DNA of 64,000 bases. It comes from Pseudobdellovibrionaceae bacterium. GTDB taxonomy: Bacteria > Bdellovibrionota > FAC87 > UBA2466 > JACKAF01. The stretch spans positions 268,051 to 332,050 of the forward strand of contig JACKAF010000003.1 of the NCBI GenBank assembly GCA_020635235.1, in the 5' to 3' direction. Positions 26,390 to 35,262 of this stretch are shown one piece after another. The notes under the pieces were generated by a model. That model saw nothing but the letters and a program-made list of their open reading frames with translations. It ran no database searches and was not told where the DNA came from. How positions within the stretch are numbered: the stretch's first letter is position 1; every line of letters starts with the position of its first letter. The position numbers were made by a program, and so were the translations under genes.

Positions 26390-27169
26390 ATGTCTTCTAA
26401 ATTTGCAGGCACAGTGGTGTGGATATTTTTTTCCCTTGCGAGCTTTGCTCGCGGGAATCCCGCTCAACTTGCGCCTCTAGACACGCTTTGGCAGTCGGCC
26501 TCCGATACCAGCACTTCTTGGGAAATGCGCAAGAAGTTGTATGAGGAGTGGAATGCCGTCGCGTCCTCCTATGGGATCCGTTCGGATTCCGCGTATCGCA
26601 ATCTGGCGTATGGATCGTGGAAAGCGGGGGATATCCCCACCTCCATTGAGAACCTGGTACTCGCCGCCGAGACCACAGGATCCTTGGGCCAAACGTTTTC
26701 CTATCTTCGGGATCTGAAACAACTTGAACTTCGCTTGGGTAACAAAGATCAACTCAGTGGCGAATGGGGTTTCAAGAGTTTCCTTCTCGCCGGCTCGAAT
26801 TTTAGGTGGTTGTTAGGAGTTTCTTGTCTTTGGCTCTTGTTTTTGGGAGCTCTTCGCTACGCATTCCCAAAACTTCATGTTCCCCACGCAGTAATGACCG
26901 CATATTGGAGTTTTGCTATTGTTCTGTGCCTAAGTACCGCTTTGCTGAATCTCAACCGTCGGACGTATCCCAAAGTAGGCATTCTCAAGGCCCCCGAAGG
27001 GTCGGTACAAACATTTACCGCGGAAGATCCGGAAAAGACTCTTGTGAAACTTCCCGCCGGCACCTTGGTCCGAATCCTCAAGCAAAAGACCAAAGTTACA
27101 CAAATCGACTTTCCGGTCGCCGCCTGGGTCGAGTCACAAAATGTGGCTAAGCTCCTGCCCCACCACTAA
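26390..27169 (+). CDS. membrane protein, hypothetical (signal peptide, two TM helices, SH3b-like C-terminus)
   Basis: Hydrophobic segments lie at the N-terminus and mid-protein. The C-terminal KLPAGTLVRILKQKTKVTQIDFPVAAWVESQNV resembles bacterial SH3. The assignment is weak. Confidence 0.5.
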   Translation: MSSKFAGTVVWIFFSLASFARGNPAQLAPLDTLWQSASDTSTSWEMRKKLYEEWNAVASSYGIRSDSAYRNLAYGSWKAGDIPTSIENLVLAAETTGSLGQTFSYLRDLKQLELRLGNKDQLSGEWGFKSFLLAGSNFRWLLGVSCLWLLFLGALRYAFPKLHVPHAVMTAYWSFAIVLCLSTALLNLNRRTYPKVGILKAPEGSVQTFTAEDPEKTLVKLPAGTLVRILKQKTKVTQIDFPVAAWVESQNVAKLLPHH

Positions 27170-27174
27170 GCAAA

Positions 27175-27702
27175 CTAGTTTGTTCCTTTGGCATTGTTTG
27201 AAAGCGAGGTGAGATCCAGACCTAGCTGTGGCAATGCCTGCTCGTCTGATAGGATGGCGTAGTGCTCATCCAAGGTGTTCTTCAGCGCTTCCACCAGCTG
27301 TCTTTTGCGGGTTTCGGTTTTATCCACTTCAGCAATGACTCGTTCCAACCATTCTTCAGTTTTTCGCCGGATTTGTTCTGCCCGATCTTGGACGGACTTC
27401 AGAAACAAAGACGCGTCTCGGGTGGCCTGCGCCTCGATTTCCTGCGCCTTGATTTTGGCCCCTTCGCGAAGCTGAATGAGCTTGTCCTCTCGATCCTTCC
27501 ATTCCTTCAGGTCGTCCTCGAGAAGCTTTATCTTGTTTAGCAATTTTCTTTCTTCTGCATTTTTCGCCTCCCACTGGGCGGCAAGACTTTCCAAAAACTC
27601 GGCAACTTCCTTGGGGGTGTAGCCCCAAAGAGATTTGTTAAATTCTTTGGTCCGAATTTGTATTGGAGTTAGCTGAGTTGAAAGGCTTTCTTTGTCTTGC
27701 AT
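27175..27702 (-). CDS. divIVA: DivIVA domain protein
   Basis: LTPIQIRTKEFNKSLWGYTPKEVAEFLESL matches the DivIVA N-terminal lipid-binding domain signature. A coiled coil follows. Confidence 0.85.
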   Translation of the reverse strand: MQDKESLSTQLTPIQIRTKEFNKSLWGYTPKEVAEFLESLAAQWEAKNAEERKLLNKIKLLEDDLKEWKDREDKLIQLREGAKIKAQEIEAQATRDASLFLKSVQDRAEQIRRKTEEWLERVIAEVDKTETRKRQLVEALKNTLDEHYAILSDEQALPQLGLDLTSLSNNAKGTN

Positions 27703-27770
27703 GCAATTCTCCTAGATGGAATTGCCCCAAGCATATCACACCCTTAAGACCTGCGTTAACGGGCGCCAAG

Positions 27771-28424
27771 TCATCGCACGCGTTCGCCAAAGAGGCAAGA
27801 ACCCAGCCGGATATGGGTCGCACCCTCCTGCAAAGCTACCCAGTAGTCTTCGCTGGTTCCCATCGACAATGCCCCTAGGCCAGTCTCTTCGGCCAATAGA
27901 CGCAACGTGCGAAAAAACGGCCTGCGTCGTTCCGGAGGGTCGAGCGGTGGCGGCATGCACATAAGTCCTTCGGGCCGGAGCCGGTCCAATGGCCGAAGCT
28001 GCTTGAGAAAGTTTTGTAGTTCCGACGCGGCGATTCCGGACTTCGTTGCTTCTCCACCAAGGTTCACTTCTACTAGGATGCGTAAACTCTCTTGGCCGGC
28101 CTCTTCAAGCGCTCGCTGGAGGAGTTCTGCCACCTTTAGCCGATCTAGACTGTGAACCATATAGTAGGAAGTAAGTCCTTTGGCCTTCCGGCTTTGGATG
28201 TGCCCGATGAAATGCCAACGCGGGCCTTCACCAATCTGCGTGCGCAGGCTTTCGCCCGCCTGCAGCTGGTTGTCTCCGAGATCCGTTAGCCCGTCTTTCA
28301 AGGCCTCCCGAATCCGTTCTAAGGGCTGGTACTTTGCGGCACCCACGATGGTGATTTCGGCCGGGTCGCGGCCAACGTTACGTATGTTCTCGCGGATTTT
28401 TTCGAAATTTGCAGCGATGCTCAT
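27771..28424 (-). CDS. yggS: YggS/YlmE family pyridoxal-phosphate homeostasis protein
   Basis: It has VGAAKYQP (PLP Lys), HFIGHIQSRKAK and MGTSEDYWVALQEGATHIRLGSCLFGER. There is an ATGA overlap with maf. Confidence 0.9.
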   Translation of the reverse strand: MSIAANFEKIRENIRNVGRDPAEITIVGAAKYQPLERIREALKDGLTDLGDNQLQAGESLRTQIGEGPRWHFIGHIQSRKAKGLTSYYMVHSLDRLKVAELLQRALEEAGQESLRILVEVNLGGEATKSGIAASELQNFLKQLRPLDRLRPEGLMCMPPPLDPPERRRPFFRTLRLLAEETGLGALSMGTSEDYWVALQEGATHIRLGSCLFGERVR

Positions 28425-29101
28425 GGAAGTTCGAACCAGCTAAACGGGTGCTCGCCGGTGGCACGCTGGAGGAGGCGCAAGAAAGTCTCTACCGGAAAAC
28501 CGACCACATTCGTGTAAGAGCCTTCCACTGACTCAACAAAGAGGGCACCCAATCCTTGGATCGCGTATGATCCGGCCTTGTCCATGGGTTCTGCAGTTTT
28601 CGAATAGGCGGCGATCTCTTCTGCTGAAAGTTTTCGAAACCGGACCGAGGTTGTGGTGGCCTCTAGGAGAGGTGCCTTTCCCCGACTCAACAGAGCCATC
28701 CCCGTAATCACCTGGTGGGTCTTACCGGAGAGCTTTTTGAGGTGCGTTTGGACTTCTTCCCGGCTCGTGGGCTTTCCAAGTAGTTCGCCATCCAGGCAAA
28801 CGACAGTGTCGGCGCCGATGACCCAGGCATTATTTGCCCGGACTGAGCGCTCCAGGACTTCCTTCGCTTTGAGCTCGGCGTTCGCAAGCGCAAGATCGTT
28901 CGGGGCGAGTCCGGTCTCCTTTTCTTCGGCTCCCGAAACCTCGACGTGGAACAAAAACCCTAATGATTTTAAAAGCGAATGGCGACGCGGCGAGCCGGAA
29001 GCCAATAGTAGAGGCGGTTGCTTCAAGTTATTAGATTTATTTGATTTTTCGGAATCGTCGATCATTGTTCCGTGCGTGTTCCGAGCCTGGCTCTGGTGCA
29101 A
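28421..29101 (-). CDS. maf: Maf-like nucleoside triphosphate pyrophosphatase
   Basis: It has LLLASGSPRRHSLLKSLG and KAGSYAIQG motifs. The true start may be the internal ATG at 29065. Confidence 0.9.
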   Translation of the reverse strand: MHQSQARNTHGTMIDDSEKSNKSNNLKQPPLLLASGSPRRHSLLKSLGFLFHVEVSGAEEKETGLAPNDLALANAELKAKEVLERSVRANNAWVIGADTVVCLDGELLGKPTSREEVQTHLKKLSGKTHQVITGMALLSRGKAPLLEATTTSVRFRKLSAEEIAAYSKTAEPMDKAGSYAIQGLGALFVESVEGSYTNVVGFPVETFLRLLQRATGEHPFSWFELP

Positions 29102-29169
29102 AATGACCCGAAATGTGGTATAAGGCGTTGACCGGGATTGTTGTTACTCGAATACAGAGGATATCTTAA

Positions 29170-29667
29170 ATGCATCATTTCAAAGTTGGTGATAATGCGG
29201 TTCATCTCTCACACGGAGTTGGAGTAGTCAAAGGAATAGAAGAGCGAACTTTCAGTTCCGGTGGCAAACAGCGGTTTTATATCCTGGAGATTCACGATAG
29301 CGGGGCTCCCAAGAAGGTATTTGTTCCCATCGATGGCTCCGGCCAGCGCTTGCGTCCGATTATTAAGAAAAAAGAAGTAGAAGAAGTTTACAAGATTTTG
29401 CGTAAGAAGAAGCCGAACGAAGTGGATCACCAAACCTGGAACCGACGTTACCGGGAATATATGGAGAAAATCCACACGGGTCAGGTTCAGGAAATCGCGG
29501 AAGTTCTACGAGCCCTATTTTTGCTCAAGCACGACAAAGATTTGTCTTTTGGTGAGCGCAAGCTCCTCGATCAGGCCAAAAGTCTCCTCGTGAAGGAGCT
29601 TTCCCTCGCTCAAAATGTGGAAGAGAAAGAAGTCGAGAAAGAACTCGAAACCATCTTTGGTACCTAA
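29170..29667 (+). CDS. carD: CarD/CdnL family RNA-polymerase-binding regulator
   Basis: It has the FKVGDNAVHLSHGVGVVKGIEER N-terminal Tudor-like motif. The length is 165 aa. Confidence 0.9.
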   Translation: MHHFKVGDNAVHLSHGVGVVKGIEERTFSSGGKQRFYILEIHDSGAPKKVFVPIDGSGQRLRPIIKKKEVEEVYKILRKKKPNEVDHQTWNRRYREYMEKIHTGQVQEIAEVLRALFLLKHDKDLSFGERKLLDQAKSLLVKELSLAQNVEEKEVEKELETIFGT

Positions 29668-29670
29668 GGT

Positions 29671-30453
29671 ATGTTGATTTCGGACGCCGTGCTTTTAGGC
29701 GGCGGTGTGGGAAAGCGTTTTTCGGAGTCCCGAACGGACTTGGCGCTTCCCAAACAGTTTGAGCTCCTTGAAGGCATTCCAGTCTTTGTGCATGCCCTGA
29801 AATCTCTGGAGTCGACCGGCCAATTTCGCACCTTTGTCCTGGTTTTTCCCGAAGCTTTTTTGGAAACTGCGCGAAAAGCGTTGGAGGCCCACGTCAGTCC
29901 CGAGCTTTCGAAGCGCTGCGTACTTGTGGCGGGAGGGGAGCAGCGCCAGGATTCTTCGCGGCGCGGACTGAGGGCGCTCGAAACCCAAGACCCGTTACCT
30001 ACTCGGGTCATTATCCACGACGCTTGCCGACCCTTTTTATCTCGCGAATTTCTAGAGCGGATGGAAGACGCGCTCGAAGATCGCTCTTACGGAGCTTGGA
30101 TTCCAACGGTTCCCGTTGTGGAAACGATCAAGTCTGTGCGGAGTAAGCAGGTCGTTGAAACCGTGGATCGCAGTTCACTCCACCGAGTGCAGACGCCGCA
30201 GATTTTCGAATATGGAGTGTTGCGATCTTTGTTTGAAAGCTTGGAAAACGATCCCAATTTGCAGTTCACAGACGATGCCTCGATTTGTGAGTACTACGGG
30301 ATTCCTGTAGGCGTTTTTGGCGGCGACGAGAGAAATATCAAGTTGACTTACGGTTTTGAAATGGAGATGCTGCGAATTCTTTTTCAGGGGCAAACCAACA
30401 CTTCTAGGGAGGCGGCATGCGATTTGGAATCGGCTACGACATTCACCGCCTGA
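29671..30453 (+). CDS. ispD: 2-C-methyl-D-erythritol 4-phosphate cytidylyltransferase
   Basis: It has LLGGGVGKRF and VIIHDACRPF motifs. Its 3' end overlaps ispF by 37 nt in another frame. Confidence 0.9.
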   Translation: MLISDAVLLGGGVGKRFSESRTDLALPKQFELLEGIPVFVHALKSLESTGQFRTFVLVFPEAFLETARKALEAHVSPELSKRCVLVAGGEQRQDSSRRGLRALETQDPLPTRVIIHDACRPFLSREFLERMEDALEDRSYGAWIPTVPVVETIKSVRSKQVVETVDRSSLHRVQTPQIFEYGVLRSLFESLENDPNLQFTDDASICEYYGIPVGVFGGDERNIKLTYGFEMEMLRILFQGQTNTSREAACDLESATTFTA

Positions 30454-30902
30454 TGGCCTCTAAAGAGCCCTCACACATTCCCATTGGTGGCGTTCAGATT
30501 CCCTGTTCACTCAAAATTGAATCGCATTCTGACGGCGATGTGCTTCTGCACGCTGTGGTCGACGCGATCTTGGGCTCGCTTGCCTTGGGTGACATAGGAC
30601 GCTGGTTTCCTGACAGCGAACCGGAGAACCGATCTCGTCCAAGTCATGAGTTTTTAGAAATTGTACTCAAAAAAGCCCACGATATGGGTTGGGTTGTGAA
30701 GCAGCTCGACTCCATCGTGCACCTTGAGACCCCGCGCTTAGCCGGGCATATAGATGGTATCCGTGAAAATCTAGCCAAATTGCTCAACATCGAGCTGGAT
30801 AGAACGAGTGTAAAAGCGAAGAGTGGAGAAGGGCTAGGGCCTGTCGGGACGCGCAATGCGCTCGCGGCCCAAGCTTACGTTGTGCTAGTGGAAAGAAGCT
30901 AA
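30417..30902 (+). CDS. ispF: 2-C-methyl-D-erythritol 2,4-cyclodiphosphate synthase
   Basis: It has MRFGIGYDIHRL and HSDGDVLLHAVVDAILG zinc-binding motifs. Confidence 0.95.
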   Translation: MRFGIGYDIHRLMASKEPSHIPIGGVQIPCSLKIESHSDGDVLLHAVVDAILGSLALGDIGRWFPDSEPENRSRPSHEFLEIVLKKAHDMGWVVKQLDSIVHLETPRLAGHIDGIRENLAKLLNIELDRTSVKAKSGEGLGPVGTRNALAAQAYVVLVERS

Positions 30903-30907
30903 ATGCC

Positions 30908-32395
30908 ATGTTGCGAATCACAAATACGCTGACCGGCGAAAAAGAGACATTTGAACCCATCCATGCGGGCGAAGTTAAGATGTATGTGTGCGGTCCCACT
31001 GTGTATGGACTGACTCACATTGGTAATTTTCGTCCAGTCGTTTTTTTTAACGTTGTTCGAAACTATCTGGAACGTAAGGGCTTCAAAGTCACTTACGTTT
31101 CCAATTTCACCGACGTAGATGACAAAATCATCAACAAGGCGCGCGAACAAGAGATCTCTGCATCTGAGGTTTCCGAAAAGTATACGGAGGAGTTTATCAA
31201 GGACGTCGAGTCACTCGGCATCCGCCGCCCTGACAAAGCTCCGAAGGTTACAGAATTCATCCCTCAGATCATTGATTTTATCGCTGGGCTGGTGAAAAAC
31301 GGCTCTGCCTACGTGGCCGAAAATGGGGAAGTATTTTTTTCGGTCCGGAACTTTAAGGAGTATGGAAAACTCTCCAAAAAGAAAATAGATGATTTGCAAG
31401 TCGGCGCCCGAGTCGATCCGAACGAGCTCAAAAGAGATCCGTTAGATTTTAGTCTCTGGAAGCCACAAAAGGCGGCCGATGAACCGGCCTGGGAAAGTCC
31501 CTGGGGAATGGGGCGGCCTGGTTGGCACATTGAGTGCTCTGCGATGGCCATGCAGTACTGTGGGGAAACCTTCGATATTCACGGCGGCGGAATGGATTTG
31601 ATCCACCCGCACCACGAAAATGAAATCGCACAGTCCGAGGGCCTGACGGGTAAACCTTTCGTGCGCTACTGGATGCACAATAACTTGCTAACGATGGAAT
31701 CGGAAAAAATGTCCAAATCCTTGGGCAATATTTTTCTTACGCGCGATTTTGTGAAGAAGCATTCTGCGGAGACCTTGAAGTTCATGCTCCTCTCAGGGCA
31801 CTACCGGTCTCCAATTGATTTTTCCGAAAAACATATTCGGGATGTGGATGCGGCCCTTCATCGAATCTATTCGGCACGCTTGAAATGTGAGAGCTTCCCG
31901 ACCGAAGATCTTGCCCCTGGCGGCGAAGGCTCGACTGAAGAAAACAAACTTGTCGCCTTTTCCAAAGAGTTTCCTAAGCTTTGGCAGGACGCGATGGACG
32001 ACGATTTCAATACCGCCAAAGCGGCAGGTTACTTGTTTGAGTATGTGCGCGCGGTAAACGCGTACCTTGATAGGAAGAAATTTAAGCCGAACGAGAAAGC
32101 GCTGGAGCTTTGCCAAAACTTTGTGGCTGCCCTAGAGGATTACTCCAGCGTGATGAATGTGCTGGGTGAGAATTCGGAGACGTTCCTACAGAGTCTGCGG
32201 CTAAGGTATTTAGCGGCTAACGGCATTTCGGAAGCGACCGTACTAGAGAAAATCGCGCAAAGGCGAGAGGCGCGTCAGTCTAAAGACTTCAGCCGTGCCG
32301 ACGCACTTAGAGACGAGCTGCTCGAAAAAGGCGTCGAAGTCCGAGATGCTGGGGACGTGAGTACGTGGGATATCGTGATTAGTCCCAAGGCCTAA
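30908..32395 (+). CDS. cysS: cysteine--tRNA ligase
   Basis: It has CGPTVYGLTHIGN (HIGH-type), the KMSKS loop and WHIECS zinc-site residues. Confidence 0.95.
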   Translation: MLRITNTLTGEKETFEPIHAGEVKMYVCGPTVYGLTHIGNFRPVVFFNVVRNYLERKGFKVTYVSNFTDVDDKIINKAREQEISASEVSEKYTEEFIKDVESLGIRRPDKAPKVTEFIPQIIDFIAGLVKNGSAYVAENGEVFFSVRNFKEYGKLSKKKIDDLQVGARVDPNELKRDPLDFSLWKPQKAADEPAWESPWGMGRPGWHIECSAMAMQYCGETFDIHGGGMDLIHPHHENEIAQSEGLTGKPFVRYWMHNNLLTMESEKMSKSLGNIFLTRDFVKKHSAETLKFMLLSGHYRSPIDFSEKHIRDVDAALHRIYSARLKCESFPTEDLAPGGEGSTEENKLVAFSKEFPKLWQDAMDDDFNTAKAAGYLFEYVRAVNAYLDRKKFKPNEKALELCQNFVAALEDYSSVMNVLGENSETFLQSLRLRYLAANGISEATVLEKIAQRREARQSKDFSRADALRDELLEKGVEVRDAGDVSTWDIVISPKA

Positions 32396-32985
32396 GCTCC
32401 CCAAAGGATAGATATCTTCCCTTTCAGATAACGGTATGGGATCGGACCCCACTCCCGACTATCCACACTCTTTTCACGGTTGTCACCTAAAGCAAAGAAG
32501 TGACCTTCGGGTACATCGATGGGCCCGTAGTTTTGCGCTTGCTCCAGACTTACAGTGTATTTGATGGAAGAGGAGAGGGACTCGTAGAAATAGCCAGTAT
32601 CGGCAACCGGCGAGTATTCGAGGGCAACATCATTGATCCAAAGCTTACCCTCTTTTATCTCAAGGCGATCGCCGCCGATCGCGACGACTCGCTTTACGAA
32701 AGTTGTTCCGGGAGAGTCCGGCAACGTAAACGCGACGACATCCGAACGGGCAGGGCTACCTACATTGATCAGCGAAAAGTTGGTCATCGGAAGGTAGACG
32801 TTGTAACGCGCGCGCGAGGAGACTACCAGGCTGTCTTTTGGAATGCTTGGGGACATGGAGTCCGAGCGCACCCGGTAGATTTCTAGAATAAACCCTCGGA
32901 GCATCAGCGCCCCTAGGGTAGAAACCAGAAGGATGCGCGTCACCGGCGTTAGGCGATTCCATAATTTGTCGAAGAAAGCCCGCAT
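32392..32985 (-). CDS. lepB: signal peptidase I
   Basis: It has SDSMSPSI (catalytic Ser box), VKRVVAIGGD (Lys box) and GDNREKSVDSREWG. Confidence 0.9.
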   Translation of the reverse strand: MRAFFDKLWNRLTPVTRILLVSTLGALMLRGFILEIYRVRSDSMSPSIPKDSLVVSSRARYNVYLPMTNFSLINVGSPARSDVVAFTLPDSPGTTFVKRVVAIGGDRLEIKEGKLWINDVALEYSPVADTGYFYESLSSSIKYTVSLEQAQNYGPIDVPEGHFFALGDNREKSVDSREWGPIPYRYLKGKISILWGA

Positions 32986-32987
32986 TG

Positions 32988-34847
32988 TTAATCGATAGAG
33001 AGCGCCGCAAGGAAAGCTTCTTGAGGGATGTCGACTTTACCGACCTGCTTCATCCGCTTTTTGCCTTCCTTCTGCTTTTCGAGAAGTTTTCGTTTACGTG
33101 TGATATCGCCGCCGTAACATTTGGCGGTCACGTTTTTGCGTAAAGGTGCAATCCGTTCCCGGGAAATGATCTTGCTGCCGATTGCGGCCTGAAGCACAAC
33201 CTCAAACATCTGCCGCTCGATAAAGCCCTTCATTTTTGTAACGAGTTCTTTGCCTCGGTAATAGGCTTTTTCCTTGGGGACGATCCAACTGAGAGCGTCC
33301 ACCGGCTCGCCGTTGATGAGCAAGTCCATCTTTACGAGCGGGGCTTCCTCGAAACGGGAAAATTCGTAGTCCAAACTCGCGTAGCCTTTACTTAAACTCT
33401 TGATCCGATCGTAAAAGGACATCACCACTTCGTTGAAGGGGAGATCATATTCCAAGAGAATGTGCGTGGGAGAATGGTAGAAAAGCTTGGTTTGTTTTCC
33501 CCGGCGATCTTCGCAGAGCTTGATTAGATTTCCCAAAAACTTCTCGGGTGTGTGTATAGAAACATGGACAATCGGTTCCGCAATCGCCTCGACGTGCTGC
33601 ACCGGTGGCAGTTGTGAAGGGTTGTGGATTTCAAGCGTTTCACCCGAGGTTTTCCGAACGCGGTAGACGACGGTGGGGGCGGTAGTGACCAGGGTCAATC
33701 CAAACTCCCGCTCCAGCCGCTCCTGGATAATCTCCATGTGTAAGAGCCCAAGGAATCCACAACGCAAACCAAAACCCAGGGCGTCAGAACTCTCAGGTTC
33801 GAAAGTGACGGAGCTGTCATTGAGACTCAGCTTTTCCATCGCTGCCTTGAGATCGGGGTAATCGGCACTATCGACGGGATAAATACCGCTAAACACCATC
33901 GGCTTCACTTCTTTGAATCCGGGCAGAGGCTTGTCCGCCGCCTTACCGCTCAACGTAATCGTGTCCCCGATCTTGATGTCTCGAATGTCTTTGATGCCGG
34001 CAACGATGAAGCCCACTTCTCCTGCTTCAAGAGTTTTTACCTCCACTCCCTTTGGAGCAAAGACCCCGAGTTTGAGCACTTCGTATTCTTTTTTGGAGTG
34101 CATCATGAGGATTTTTTGGCCGGTCGCCAGCTGACCGTTAACGATCCTACAAAGCAGAATCACACCCTGGTACGGATCGAACCAGGCATCAAAGATGAGC
34201 CCTTGTAGAGGATCGCTCACTTTGCCTTTGGGTGGCGGGAAATTCTTCACAACCCCCTCAAGGACGGCCGCGATATTCTTGCCCTCTTTGGCGCTGATGC
34301 AGACGGCGTTTTCTGCTGAGATCCCGATCAAGTCTTCAATCTCCCGCTTTGTCTTCTCGATGTCGGAACCGGGAAGATCAATCTTATTTAAGACGGGTAG
34401 AATCTCTAAATTGTTATCCAAAGCCTGATAAACGTTAGCAAGCGTCTGCGCTTCGACCCCTTGTGAAGCGTCGACTACTAAAACTGCCCCTTCGCAGGCT
34501 GCGAGACTTCGGGACACTTCATAACCAAAATCCACATGCCCGGGAGTGTCGATGAGGTTGAGGACGTAGATTTGGCCGTCCTCCGCACGGTAGTTCAAGC
34601 GCGCGGACTGCGCCTTGATGGTAATCCCCCGCTCACGTTCAATGTCCATTTGATCCAGAAATTGAGAGCGCATTTCGCGTTGGGTGAGCGCGCCCGTGAT
34701 CTGTAGAAGGCGATCGGCGAGCGTGGATTTGCCGTGATCGATATGGGCAACGATGCTGAAATTACGAATGCGCTGCGAGTCTGCCAAAGAAGAGTACTGC
34801 TCAGTTATCCAGGGGTAACCGTCGGCCTCCGGATTTAGGACCATCAT
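32988..34847 (-). CDS. lepA: translation elongation factor 4
   Basis: It has [17 protein letters not shown] and NKID GTPase motifs and a LepA C-terminal domain. The start is uncertain: ATG at 34847 overlaps the upstream RHH gene, and TTG at 34787 would not. Confidence 0.95.
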   Translation of the reverse strand: MMVLNPEADGYPWITEQYSSLADSQRIRNFSIVAHIDHGKSTLADRLLQITGALTQREMRSQFLDQMDIERERGITIKAQSARLNYRAEDGQIYVLNLIDTPGHVDFGYEVSRSLAACEGAVLVVDASQGVEAQTLANVYQALDNNLEILPVLNKIDLPGSDIEKTKREIEDLIGISAENAVCISAKEGKNIAAVLEGVVKNFPPPKGKVSDPLQGLIFDAWFDPYQGVILLCRIVNGQLATGQKILMMHSKKEYEVLKLGVFAPKGVEVKTLEAGEVGFIVAGIKDIRDIKIGDTITLSGKAADKPLPGFKEVKPMVFSGIYPVDSADYPDLKAAMEKLSLNDSSVTFEPESSDALGFGLRCGFLGLLHMEIIQERLEREFGLTLVTTAPTVVYRVRKTSGETLEIHNPSQLPPVQHVEAIAEPIVHVSIHTPEKFLGNLIKLCEDRRGKQTKLFYHSPTHILLEYDLPFNEVVMSFYDRIKSLSKGYASLDYEFSRFEEAPLVKMDLLINGEPVDALSWIVPKEKAYYRGKELVTKMKGFIERQMFEVVLQAAIGSKIISRERIAPLRKNVTAKCYGGDITRKRKLLEKQKEGKKRMKQVGKVDIPQEAFLAALSID

Positions 34848-35025
34848 CTTGAATCAACATCATCTGTCCCGGCAGAAGGTGTTTGTGTCTTTCAAGAATC
34901 AGATCAATTCCTTCGCGAATATATTCTGCGATAGGAACCTTTGTCTTTTGGTTCAAGAGCTTTAGCAACCTATTTTGTTCGCTCGTAATATACACCGTCG
35001 TCGAAATTTTTTTTCGGCTTTCCAT
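34801..35025 (-). CDS. ribbon-helix-helix (CopG/Arc-like) protein
   Basis: [42 protein letters not shown] fits the beta-strand / helix / helix RHH pattern. It lies directly upstream of lepA. Confidence 0.6.
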   Translation of the reverse strand: MESRKKISTTVYITSEQNRLLKLLNQKTKVPIAEYIREGIDLILERHKHLLPGQMMLIQDDGPKSGGRRLPLDN

Positions 35026-35117
35026 ACAACCCCTCTAAATCACCCGATGACCCGTAACGCTCACGATACATGACCATATATCTATGTCAATAAAGCTTAA
35101 TCGAATCCAAAACTTAG

Positions 35118-35194
35118 CAGAAATTGTTTTCAAAAATAATGCTTTAGTGATGACGCCGCGCACCACTTTAACGTCAATTTTTTGAAAACTTCTG
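35118..35194. repeat. 77-nt imperfect palindrome downstream of the PhoH2 gene
   Basis: The perfect 11-bp pair is gttttcaaaaa (35126-35136) / tttttgaaaac (35179-35189). It is extended by cagaa/ttctg across a 3-nt bulge, and the 42-nt interior is partly self-complementary. Confidence 0.6.
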
Positions 35195-35262
35195 CTGCAA
35201 AACAGGAGCAATTTTATCTGAACGGACGCAATCTGTCCTAGGTAAGCCGCACAAAAAACAAA

